A stretch of DNA of 12,956 nt from Octopus sinensis (GCF_006345805.1 NW_021826327.1:1-12956), one strand, 5' to 3'; positions 1 through 10,062 are shown, numbered from the stretch's first letter. The notes: generated by a model from the letters alone, not told the origin. Program-made: numbers and translations.

Positions 1-78
1 CCCACTAACATCTCACGAACACACAAATTTATGATTGGGACATGTGTCATAAATCAGAATCTAAAATGAGTGATGGTG

Positions 79-175
79 TGTGGTGTGTGTGTGTGTGTGT
101 GTGTGCATAAATACACCAAACATATATAAATATATGCATATATCTATTTATCTGTCTGTCTGTATCTTTCTCTCA

Positions 176-247
<72 letters not shown>

Positions 248-336
248 ATATTTATATTATATGTATGTATGTATGTATGTAGTAGTATGTATGTATGTAT
301 GTATATAGACATATACATATATACATATATGGTGTG

Positions 337-402
<66 letters not shown>

Positions 403-545
403 CAATATAGATATATTATATATATATATTACATATACATATATATGTGTGTGTGTGTGTATATATGTATGTATGTATGTATATAATATATATATATATA
501 TGTTTATATATATGTTAAATGATGATGATGATCATCATCATCATG

Positions 546-578
<33 letters not shown>

Positions 579-696
579 TGTATGTGTGTGTGTAGGTAGG
601 TATGTATGTATATAAACACACACACACACACAAAAACACACACACACGTACATATATATGCGTATGTGTATGTGTATCTGTGATGCCACATACAAG

Positions 697-735
<39 letters not shown>
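79..735. repeat. Compound microsatellite block: (TG)n, (CT)n, (TA)n, (TATG)n, (GAT/CAT)n, (CA)n
   Basis: Directly visible simple repeats. ORFs here ([12 protein letters not shown]) are repeat read-throughs. Confidence 0.95.
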
Positions 736-737
<2 letters not shown>

Positions 738-1005
738 TTGCATGTATCCCCATGTATGTACATGAAACGCATGTACTTAACTGTGTCAATTCGGAAGCCA
801 TGCAAATGCACATAATTATGCAGTGGTTTGTCACTGCTGCATGAACGTGCACATGTGAAGTGTTGGTGTGGGCGAGGGTGCACGCAGGCAGTGAGGATTC
901 TGTTGCTGAAACATGTGCGATAGAATATGCAGAAAATGCATATGTATATTATGCACATATATGCATTTGCGTGGCTGTGTCTCTGTGTATGTATATGTGT
1001 GTGTG

Positions 1006-1046
<41 letters not shown>

Positions 1047-1086
1047 TCATACATACATGAATATCAATAAATATGTGTGTGTGTGT

Positions 1087-1759
<673 letters not shown>

Positions 1760-1947
1760 TTAGATACTATATATGTATATATGCATATTTATACTTACAC
1801 AAATCAATATGCGCACACCTGCAAACACTACACACACATGCATATACACATATATTTGAATATACACACATACATATCCTTTTTTTATATCTACACATAT
1901 TATGTATGCATACATTTCTATATGCATGTGTATCTGCTCTCTCTCCC

Positions 1948-2551
1948 CGAACCCGCCTCCCTTTTCCCCTCACTTACCACCCCACGACCCTACGTCTCCA
2001 ACGCACCATTCTTCGAGCTTTCCGTCATCTAGAGTCCGACCCGTCCACTTCACACCTCTTCCCTAACAGACCCCTCCCCTCTTTCAAACGAGCCCACAAC
2101 CTTCGAGACCTTTTGGTCCATAGCTCCTTCCCTGACCCTACCTCCCAACCCGGCTCGTTCCCCTGCTCCGCCCACGTTGCCGCACTTGCCCTTACCTCTC
2201 CACACCACCCGCCTCACTAGCACCCACCATCGACCCTATCCCATCATCCACTCCTTCACCTGCACCTCCAGCAATATTATCTATTGCATCTCTTGCTCTC
2301 TCTGCAATTCCTTGTACATCGGACAAACGGGACGCCGCTTTGCTGACCAGTTCGCGGAACACCTTCGTGACATCCACCTTGCGAACGACACACCGGTCTC
2401 ACGCCATTTCCGCTCCACCGGTCACTCCTTGCAACACCTATCTGTGTTCGGTTTGTCCTTACACAGAGGCCATCCGGATTCCCGTTTGCGCCGTGAACAG
2501 GAATTAATCTTCTCTCTTCGCTCTTATACGCCATTTGGTCTCAACTCTCAC
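1948..2551 (+). pseudogene. PLE ORF C-terminus (RT-to-endonuclease linker plus GIY-YIG endonuclease), two apparent 1-nt frameshifts near 2170-2200
   Basis: FTCTSSNIIYCISCSLCNSLYIGQTGRRFADQFAEHLRDI...HFRSTGH...RLRREQELIFSLRSYTPFGLNSH matches the PLE GIY-YIG pattern (IIY 2276-2284, YIG 2315-2323, conserved R, H, E and GLN). The RT core is absent. Confidence 0.9.
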
Positions 2552-2860
2552 CCCCCCTCCCATCTAACCCCCCTCTCCCCCTCCTCACCTATCCTTTCTC
2601 CCCCGACCCCTACTTCTTCAGTCCTTCATCCTTCACCCACCCTACTCCCCTTCCCTTCTTCCCTCTTTCTCCCTCCCTCTTCCCCTTCCCTCTGCTCCCT
2701 CACTCCCTCTCTCCCCTTCTCTCTCCTCCCCCTCTCCCTCTTTCCTCCTTCATCCCCCTCCTCACCTTCCTTCTCCCCCATCGTCTCCTCTTCCCCTCCC
2801 CCTCTTCTTCCCCTCCCCTTCTCTCCCCCCTCTTCTCCCCCTCCCCCTCTTCTCCTCACT
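2552..2860. repeat. Polypyrimidine (C/T) low-complexity tract within the PLE 3' region
   Basis: Almost exclusively C and T. Produces the Pro/Ser/Leu tail of ORF 2177-2908 and the Gly/Glu/Arg ORF on the minus strand. Confidence 0.9.
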
Positions 2861-2900
2861 ACACCACATGACTTTACACATCACATCACATATGATGTGC

Positions 2901-3240
2901 CATACTAATACAACACCAACTAATACATACTAATACGTACTAATACATACTAGTACATACTAATACTTACACCAACCCTTATACATACACACGTCCAGAC
3001 CCCGCATACGCACTTATACTCTCTCACACACACACACACACACACCTATACATACCAATACGTACTAATACATACTAATACATACTAATACATACACCAA
3101 CCCCATACATACGCACGTCCAGACCAATCTTACGCACTAATACTCTCTCAACACACACACACACACACACACACACCCTTATACATACTAATACATACAC
3201 CAACCCTATACATACCACATCCAGCCCCTCCCACGCACTT
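2901..3240. repeat. Higher-order minisatellite, ~130-bp unit, ~2.5 copies, built from (CATACTAATA)n-CACCAACCC-CACGTCCAGACC-CTCTCTCA-(CA)n
   Basis: CACGTCCAGACC recurs at ~2990 and ~3115, with a degenerate third copy at ~3217. CATACTAATA decamers are reiterated in each unit. Confidence 0.8.
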
Positions 3241-3411
3241 TTAGCTGGTCCCTCAACCCTTTTATCAACCCTATTATCTCCCCTTATTTCGCCCTCGCGT
3301 CTCATGTTTGATCTTTGACCTCTGGCCGAAATCAGATCGCCATGTTGATTCGTTAGCTACTGCACGCATTTTTTTTCTCTCCTTCTTTCTGTGTTTTTCT
3401 CTCTCTGTGTA

Positions 3412-3449
3412 TCTTTCTGTTGAAGAGCGTAGGCTCGAAACGTTAAAGA
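3412..3449 (+). ncRNA. Minimal type I hammerhead ribozyme motif with variant core (CUGUUGA) at the PLE 3' end
   Basis: TCTTT(3412-16) CTGTTGA A GAGC-GTAG-GCTC GAAA C GT T AAAGA(3445-49): helix I 5 bp, helix II 4 bp with tetraloop, palindromic ACGT helix III, predicted cleavage after 3444. PLEs are known to carry minimal HHRs. Confidence 0.7.
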
Positions 3450-3547
3450 CTTGTTTTATTTATATTTCCTGAGCGCCATACTAATACAATTGTTCGTTTG
3501 TTTTCCACCTGCCTTCGTCTTTTGTTTATTTTCATAAAGCTTCCCGT

Positions 3548-3644
3548 TATATATGTATATACATGAGTATGTGGGTATATACCTACCTACCTATCTATCT
3601 ATATACATACATACATACACACATACATACATACATACATACAT

Positions 3645-3695
<51 letters not shown>

Positions 3696-3886
3696 CATAC
3701 ATACATACACACATATTTATATATATACATACATATATACACACATATATACATACATACACACATACATACATACATACATACACACATACATACATAC
3801 ATACATACATACATACATACATACACACATATTTATATATATACATACATATATACACACATATATACATACATACATACACACAC

Positions 3887-3917
<31 letters not shown>

Positions 3918-4077
3918 TGTATATATATATATTTATATATATACATACATACACATATATTTATATATATACACACATATATACATACATACATACATAC
4001 ATACATACACACATACATACATACACACATACATACATACATACATACATACATGCTCACACACACACACACACATT
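3548..4077. repeat. Compound (TACA)n/(TA)n/(CA)n microsatellite
   Basis: Directly visible. Source of the IHTY and MYVC ORFs. Confidence 0.95.
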
Positions 4078-4259
4078 ATGCGTATATAATAATACAATGT
4101 GTAAATGAATATCAAACAAACGTGTGCATCTCCATCGTTTTTTTTATTCAATTAATATATGTATATTACAAGTATCATTGCATGTATTAAGATGGAAATA
4201 TATGTATGCATGTACAGGTGTATTTGCATATTTTTGCCCATTTATTTCTATATAGTTCT

Positions 4260-4578
4260 ATCATCATCATCATCATCGTTTAACGTCCGTTTTCCGCACT
4301 AGCATGGGTTGGACGGTTCGACCGGGGATCTGGGAAGCCAGGAGGCTGCACCAGGCTCCAATCTTGATCTGGCAGTGTTTCTACAGCTGGATGCCCTTCC
4401 TAACGCCAACCACTCCGTGAATGTAGTGGGTGCTTTTTACGTGCCACCGGCACAGGTGCCAGGGGAGTCTGGCAGCGGCCATGATCGGTTGGTGCTTTTA
4501 ACGTGCCACCAGCACGGAAGCCAGTCAAGGCGGCGCTGGCATCGGCCTCAGATGGTGCTTTTTACGTGCCACCGGCAA
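4260..4578 (-). mobile_element. RTE LINE 3'-UTR fragment (or SINE sharing the RTE 3' end) with (TGA)n tail
   Basis: Reverse complement is homologous to 8990-9223. (CAT)n tail at 4260-4277, terminal CATGC hairpin region, three GGTGCTTTT(T)ACGTGCCACC motifs. Confidence 0.88.
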
Positions 4579-4625
4579 GAGAATTAAATATATATGTACA
4601 TGCGTATACATTTGCCTATATATAT

Positions 4626-5200
4626 ATCCAAGGGTGCTAAGTCGGGACTACATGCTAGATGTGGTGTTAGTTTGATTCCCTCAAGTTCCTGGTCTTTATT
4701 ATAGGTTGTCCAAAGGCAGCAAGCTGGCAGAATTGTTAGCACACTGGGCGAAATGCTTAGCGGCATTTCGTCCGTCTGTAAAATCTGAGTTCAAATACCA
4801 CCGAGGTAGACTTAGCGTTTCACCCTCTCAAATTTCAGGCCTTGTGCCCTTAGTAGAAAGGCTTAAAGGTTGTTCAAGAGGTATGGGGTCTTTGCATTGT
4901 CCTGCTATAGAAGGGTCTGCTTTCTGTTGGGTGTTCTTGCTACACATTCGCATACACCTGCCCCTGCTCTTGGGAATACAGGAAGGCATCAATGCTTTGA
5001 GTGTCCAGAATGAACTCACAGTGAATTATTCCCTCAAAATTCTACCAGATGCATAGCATCTCTTTGTGTTCAAAACACCCGTGTTTAACAACCGGTTCCA
5101 GAAGCTGGCCCTTACTTAACCACTATTTATGCATATTAGGATGGTGGAAAAATATTTCCCTTGGATTATTACTTGTTCTGATCCATGGCTCACTTCCTGC
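4626..5200 (-). pseudogene. Decayed mariner DD34D transposase, interrupted by a SINE at 4714-4866
   Basis: Minus-strand translation across stops and frameshifts: EMLCIW*NFEGIIHCEF...SIDAFLYSQ...QDNA-RPHTS*TT|YNKDQELEGIKLTPHLACSPDLAPLD. This matches the mariner motifs MLCxWW, QDNARPH and YSPDLAPxD. Upstream boundary uncertain. Confidence 0.82.
4714..4866 (+). mobile_element. tRNA-type SINE, internally deleted
   Basis: 5' GGCAGCAAGCTGGCAGAATTGTTAGC (A-box-like) and GAGTTCAAAT (B-box-like). TSD AGGTTGT(C/T)CAA at 4703-4713 and 4867-4877. Inverted homologue at 5391-5575. Confidence 0.85.
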
Positions 5201-5390
5201 TCTCATGACATTTTATGAACCAAGAGGAGGTGGAAGTTCTTTATCTCAAAGAACAATAAATGATATCAGAGGGGGATCAAAGAACTGACAAAAATGGTGG
5301 CTTCAGACAGTGGAACAGAATGGCCCCTACAGTGAATGCTAGACTGCTTTTTTTGTAACTTGACCAATAAAGTAAATAAGTCACAAAATA

Positions 5391-5575
5391 TTCTTTTCTA
5401 CTTTAGGCACAAAGCCTGAAATTTTGGGAGTGGGGGCCAGTTGATTAGATCAACCCCAGTACACAACTGGTACTTAATCTATCGACTCTGAAAGGATGAA
5501 AGGCAAATGTAAATACAGACAAAATACCGCTAAACATTTCACCTGGAGTGCTAATATTTCTGCCAGCTCACCACC
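5391..5575 (-). mobile_element. tRNA-type SINE of the same family as 4714-4866, B-box region deleted
   Basis: Reverse-complement homology to 4714-4866. Perfect 18-bp TSD TAAATAAGTCACAAAATA at 5373-5390 and 5800-5817. Confidence 0.85.
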
Positions 5576-5579
5576 TTAA

Positions 5580-5798
5580 CCCTTTAGTATTTAAACCGGC
5601 CATATCCGGCCAAAATAGCTAATCTGTTTTATGTTCAAACTGACCAGATCCAGGCTCTCACACCTACCCTACAATGTTATTCTACATTAAGTAATTACAC
5701 CATCAACATCTTGAAGATATGAGATAATGCATGATTAATTCAAATCAATGGGAATCAATAAGCATTATGTTTGATAGAATAATCTGAACACTAAAGGG
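5580..5798. mobile_element. 219-bp MITE with TTAA target duplication (piggyBac-type ends)
   Basis: TTAA(5576-79)-CCCTTTAGT ... ACTAAAGGG-TTAA(5799-5802). Non-coding interior. Confidence 0.82.
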
Positions 5799-5870
5799 TT
5801 AAATAAGTCACAAAATACTGCAAAACTTTTGACTTAATACAAGGCAATCCTACAAACAATTAAAAAATAT

Positions 5871-6294
5871 ATCATCATCATCGTCATTTATCCTCCGTTG
5901 TCCATGCTGGCATGGGTTGGACGGTTTGAGCAGGGCTGGCAAGCTGGAAAGCTGCACCAGACTCCAGTCTAATTCGGGATGGTTTCTACAGCTGGATACC
6001 CTTCCTAATGCCAACCACTCCAAGAGTGTAACGGGTGCTTTTACGTGCCACTGGAACAAGTGCCATTTGCATGACACTGGTATCTGCCACAACTGCAATT
6101 TTACTTGGCTTGATCAATCTTCTTCTCGTGCACAACATAATGCCAAAGGTCTCGTTCATTGCCTCCATGAGGCCCTACCCTTGAAAGGGGCTTTTCACAT
6201 GCCGCCGGCATCAGGCACTTTTCCTCCATGAAACCCAACACTTGAAAGGTGCTTTTTATGTGCTACCAGTACGGGTACCATTTACATGACACTG
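5871..6294 (-). mobile_element. RTE LINE 3'-UTR fragment with (TGA)n tail
   Basis: ATCATCATCATC tail, CCATGCTGGCATGGGTTGGACGG terminal hairpin region, CTGGATACCCTTCCTAATGCCAACCAC block and repeated GGTGCTTTT motifs shared with 4260-4578 and 8990-9223. Confidence 0.85.
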
Positions 6295-6373
6295 TGTATC
6301 ATATTTGAATTAGATACATTATTGAATGCCTTTTAAGCTATGGTATAAGCAGAAAAGTAATTCTTATAGATAT

Positions 6374-6695
6374 ATCATCATCATCATCATGATTAACATC
6401 TGTTTTCCATATTGGCATGGGTTGGACAGCATAGCAGGTGTTGGCAAGACCAGTGGCCACACCAGGTTCCATAGCCTGTTTTGGCCAGGTTTCTACAGTT
6501 AGATGCCCTTCCTGGTGTCAACCACTTCACAGAGTGTACTGGATGCTTTTCACATGGCACCATTATCATTACTTTTTAAGTGGCACAAACACCAGAGCTT
6601 TCTACGTGACACCAACACCCACGCCAATGCATATAATGTTAAAAGACACACACCTTTATCAGTAGCAGGCAAAAACCATCCAGCAGTGTTGGTGG
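6374..6695 (-). mobile_element. More diverged RTE LINE 3'-UTR fragment with (TGA)n tail
   Basis: (CAT)n tail, GGCATGGGTTGGACAG and TTTCTACAGTTAGATGCCCTTCC blocks homologous to the other copies. Right boundary approximate. Confidence 0.78.
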
Positions 6696-6861
6696 CATTA
6701 CTAAGTACCTATTACTGCATTTTGAGGCTTCATCAATATATTTGGGCTTCAATATATTTTTGGGCTTCCACCGGCAACCTCATGGTGGGACAAAATCAGT
6801 TACTACTGATATAGTAAAACAATGATGAAAAATTTCTTTTTTCAACACTATTCATATCTAT

Positions 6862-6890
6862 AAGAGAGAGAGAGGGGGGAGAGAAGGAGA

Positions 6891-6928
<38 letters not shown>
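6862..6928. repeat. (GA)n microsatellite
   Basis: Directly visible. Confidence 0.95.
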
Positions 6929-6931
<3 letters not shown>

Positions 6932-6944
6932 GGTGGTGGAGATG

Positions 6945-7440
6945 TGGAGACATTTTGTTTCAACAGAGACAAGATTTTTCTGAATGTTCTTCCTATTCTT
7001 ATTTTCGCAACAACACTTTCAAAACCTCCTCCTCCACTACTGTTTAGGTCACCTAGGAAACAGAATATATCTACTACCTCTAGTGAGCCTCTGGGGCGTT
7101 TGAGAAAATCAATTTCCTATATATCTGTGATCTTTATGGCTCCTGTGCATCTTCAACACACCAACACTACTTTCTCTGATAACCACTTCCCCGTGATTCC
7201 ACTGTACCTTTTGTGTGTCCATGGCTAACACTGGACACACTATAGAATTCCAGGATTCACTTTTCCTACATACTGAGCAGGGTTGTTTACTTGTCTATTT
7301 TCTTGCTTACTAGAACTTTGGTCTTTGTTGAGTTTAATGCCTTTCAATTCCAGGTTTTTGCTTCCACACCTGGAATTTCTGTTACATATTCCACTATGAG
7401 AGCAAGATTATTAGCATATAGTAGCATATAGCATATAGAG
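6945..7440 (-). mobile_element. Degenerate RTE LINE ORF fragment (RT active-site region to thumb)
   Basis: Minus strand reads LYANNLALIVE (YADD decayed to YANN), KFQVWKQ, KVLVSKK, then SLEVVD..FLGDL..SGGG..SVVAKIRIG. Homologous to the plus-strand copy at ~7820-8310 but clearly diverged. Confidence 0.82.
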
Positions 7441-9223
7441 GGTCATAGTCCAACTAATTAGAGAGAGAGTTAGCCTAGATGAGATGTAGCTTGGTTTTGT
7501 GCCTGGCAGAAGCACCACTGATGCCATATTCATGGTTCAACAACTGCAGGAGAAATACCTAGCCAAAGATAAACACCTATACTTAGCTTTTGTGGACTTG
7601 GAGAAAGCTTTTGACAGGGTCCCCCGATCCCTTATCTGGTGAGCAATGCAGAAACTGGAGATTTACAAATGGTTAATAAGGGCTGTACAAGCCCTCTACA
7701 GAGAGGCTAGTAGTAAGGTTAGAATTGGCAATGAGTACAGTGAAGAATTCAGGGTAGAATTTGGCGTCCTCCAGGCAATAACGGGGGAATTTAAGACGGG
7801 TTGTCCCTGGGAGCTCCTCTATGCTGAATCACTACCCTCGTAGCAGAATCACTACCGGAACTAGAGAAGAAATTTTGTGTGTGGAAGCTACGTTTCAAAT
7901 CAAAAGGCCTTAGAGTCAATGTAGCAAAGACCAAAGTTATAGTAAGTAGGAAGGTGAACTCACCACACACCCCTTCAAGTAGGTGGCCCTGCTCGATCTG
8001 TAGAAAAGGTGTAGGTAGAAACTCCATAAGATGTACCCAGTGTATGGACACATAAGAGGTGCAGCAATATCAAAGGAAAATTAACCAAGAAGACAGCTTT
8101 CGTGTGCGGCAGATGCACAGGGGCAATAGACACCATTAATACTCAGAAAACAGATTCCATCACATTCCAAGGGAAGAATCTAGAAGTAGTTGACAGCCTC
8201 CGCTACCTAGGTGACCAAGTAAGTAGCAGGGGTGGATGCTCAGAGTGTGTTACCACTAAAATAAGAATAGCCTGGGCAAAGTTTAGGAAGCTTCTCCCCC
8301 TACTGGCGACAAAGGGTCTCTCGCTCAGAGTGAAAGGTAGATTGTATGATGCATGTGTGTGAACTGCCATGCTTCATGGCAATGAAACATGGACCATGAC
8401 TGTGGAGGACATGCATAGGCTTGAAAGAAATGAAGCTAGCATGATCCACTGGATGTGTAATGTCAGCGTCCATGCACAACAGAGTGTAAGCGTCCTGAGA
8501 GAAATGTTGGGCATAAGAAGCATTGGATGCAGCGTGCAGGAGAGACAATTGCGTTGGTATGGTCATGTACTACTGATGGATGAGGAGAGATGTGTGAAGA
8601 AGTGCCACTCCCAAACTGTTGAAACGAATCTGGGGTAGAGGTAGACCCAGGAAGACTTGGGATGAGGTGGTCAAGCATGACCTTCGTACTTTGAGCCTCA
8701 CAGAGGCTATGACGAAAGACCGAGACCTCTGGAGATATGCTGTGACTTCAAAGACCCAACAAATGAAGTGAGTTCATGACTCGCAGGATAGCCTGCTGTG
8801 CTAACCTTGGATCATAGAGTGACCTGCTGTTCTTGAGGAGACCTGTTGAGTCAAGTAAGTCAACATCAAAATAAAAATTCAAATGGAAATTGTAGTTAAG
8901 ACACCCATGCTGGTAACATGTAAAATGCACCGTCCGAATGCAGCGGATACTAGCATCGCCTGACTGGTGTCTGTGTCGGTGACACGTAAAAGCACCAACC
9001 GATTGTGGCCGTTTGCCAGCCTGCTCTGGTACCTGTACCAGTGGCACGTAAAAAACACCCACTACACTCACGGAGTGGTTGGCTTTAGGAAGGGCATCCA
9101 GCGGTAGAAACACTGCCAAATCAGACTAGAGCCTGGTGCAGCCTCCATGGCTTACCAGACCCCAGTCGAAGCGTCCAACCCATGCTAGCATGGAAAACAG
9201 ACGTTAAATGATGATGATGATGA
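7437..9223 (+). mobile_element. 5'-truncated RTE-clade LINE: inactivated RT, PHD-like finger, C-terminal domain, 3' UTR and (TGA)n tail
   Basis: GFVPGRSTTDAIF...YLAFVDLEKAFDRVP (RT motifs), GCPWELLYA, GLRVNVAKTKV, LEVVDSLRYLGD, LRWYGHV, RGRPRKTW. The QGSVLSP motif is deleted at 7768/7769, YADD is replaced by YAES, and there are several stops. 3' hairpin CCATGC-TA-GCATGG at 9180-9193 and tail to 9223. Confidence 0.93.
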
Positions 9224-9368
9224 GTAGTTTCCAAGGGTAGCTGGTCTTAAATTCCTCTATTATGACCTGGAAGGTGATGATGAATGAGAGGGGACTAAAA
9301 ATTGAGTTCTATTGACTGCCTATCTCTACATTAAGTTCATCACCGTACTCATGGTTAACACTTACCTT

Positions 9369-9697
9369 ACCGACATGAGTGCCAATCAGGCAATACTGTC
9401 ATCGGCCACAACGATGACTTCACTTGACTCAACGGGTCTTTGCAAGCACAGTTTATTGCCCAATGATTGAAGGATACTCTTAAATGGTATGGTTATGCCG
9501 CACTGACACAATTGCAGTCTCACTTGGCAGTCTCACTTGGCTTGCTGGGTCTTCTCAAGCACAGCATATCTCTAAAGATCTCAGTCACTTGTCATCACCT
9601 CTGTGAGGCCCAATGTTCAAAGGTCGTGCTTCACCACCTCATCCCAGGTCCTCTTGGGTCTATCTCTTCCACAGGTTCCCTCTATTGCTAGGGTGTG
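9369..9697 (-). mobile_element. RTE LINE fragment (ORF end plus proximal 3' UTR) of a related subfamily
   Basis: Reverse complement contains AGACCCAAGAGGACCTGGGATGAGGTGGTGAAGCACGACC and GAGATATGCTGTG, matching the plus-strand copy at ~8630-8990. Confidence 0.85.
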
Positions 9698-9724
9698 ATA
9701 CTTATATATTGTTTTATATATATG

Positions 9725-9758
<34 letters not shown>

Positions 9759-9872
9759 ATAAATATTAGGGAATGAATCCAAAATATATATATTTATAAA
9801 CAGACACACATGCACATAAATACACATTCACAAAGACACACGTGCACACACACACATATTTAAAAAATAAAT

Positions 9873-10062
9873 GCAGTCACAGGTGTGCCTTTGTGGTTCA
9901 AAGCTTGCTTACCAACCACATGGTTCCAGATTCAGTCCCACTGTGTGGCACCTTGGGCAAGTGTCTTCTACTATAGCCTCGGGCCGACCAAAGCCTTGTG
10001 AGGGGATTTGGTAGACAGAAACTCAAAGAAGTCCGTCGTATATATGTATATATATATATATG

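Larger units (their letters stand above)
1940..3552 (+). mobile_element. 5'-truncated Penelope-like retroelement (Neptune-like): linker, GIY-YIG endonuclease, low-complexity 3' region and HHR-bearing pLTR-like end
   Basis: Translation gives RLPFPLTYHP...SDPSTSHLFPNRPLPSFKRAHNLRDLLVHS, then C-x-(R)PRCRTC, then a GIY-YIG domain, and a hammerhead motif at 3412-3449. Flanked by microsatellite-like sequence; boundaries approximate. Confidence 0.85.

Noticed and set aside
27-54. 8-bp inverted repeat ATTTATGA/TCATAAAT
   Set aside because: Short, AT-rich and isolated; expected by chance.
736-807. Two inverted octamer motifs (ATTTGCAT at 736-743, ATGCAAAT at 800-807)
   Set aside because: The same 8-mer occurs at several other places in this AT-rich window (~4222, ~6064, ~12598), so it is compatible with chance.
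2552-2908. Pro/Ser-rich C-terminal extension of ORF 2177-2908
   Set aside because: Encoded by a polypyrimidine tract; the PLE domain ends at GLNSH (~2551).
2901-3240. CRISPR-like repeat-spacer pattern
   Set aside because: Eukaryotic context, degenerate units, no unique spacers and no cas genes.
3553-4108. ORFs of 178 and 181 aa rich in IHTY, and their MYVC antisense ORFs
   Set aside because: Read-through of (TACA)n microsatellite.
4706-5056. 116-aa plus-strand ORF
   Set aside because: Spans a SINE and the antisense strand of a decayed mariner; no recognisable domain.
9873-9950. tRNA gene
   Set aside because: Only a degenerate tRNA-like SINE head; no cloverleaf can be formed.
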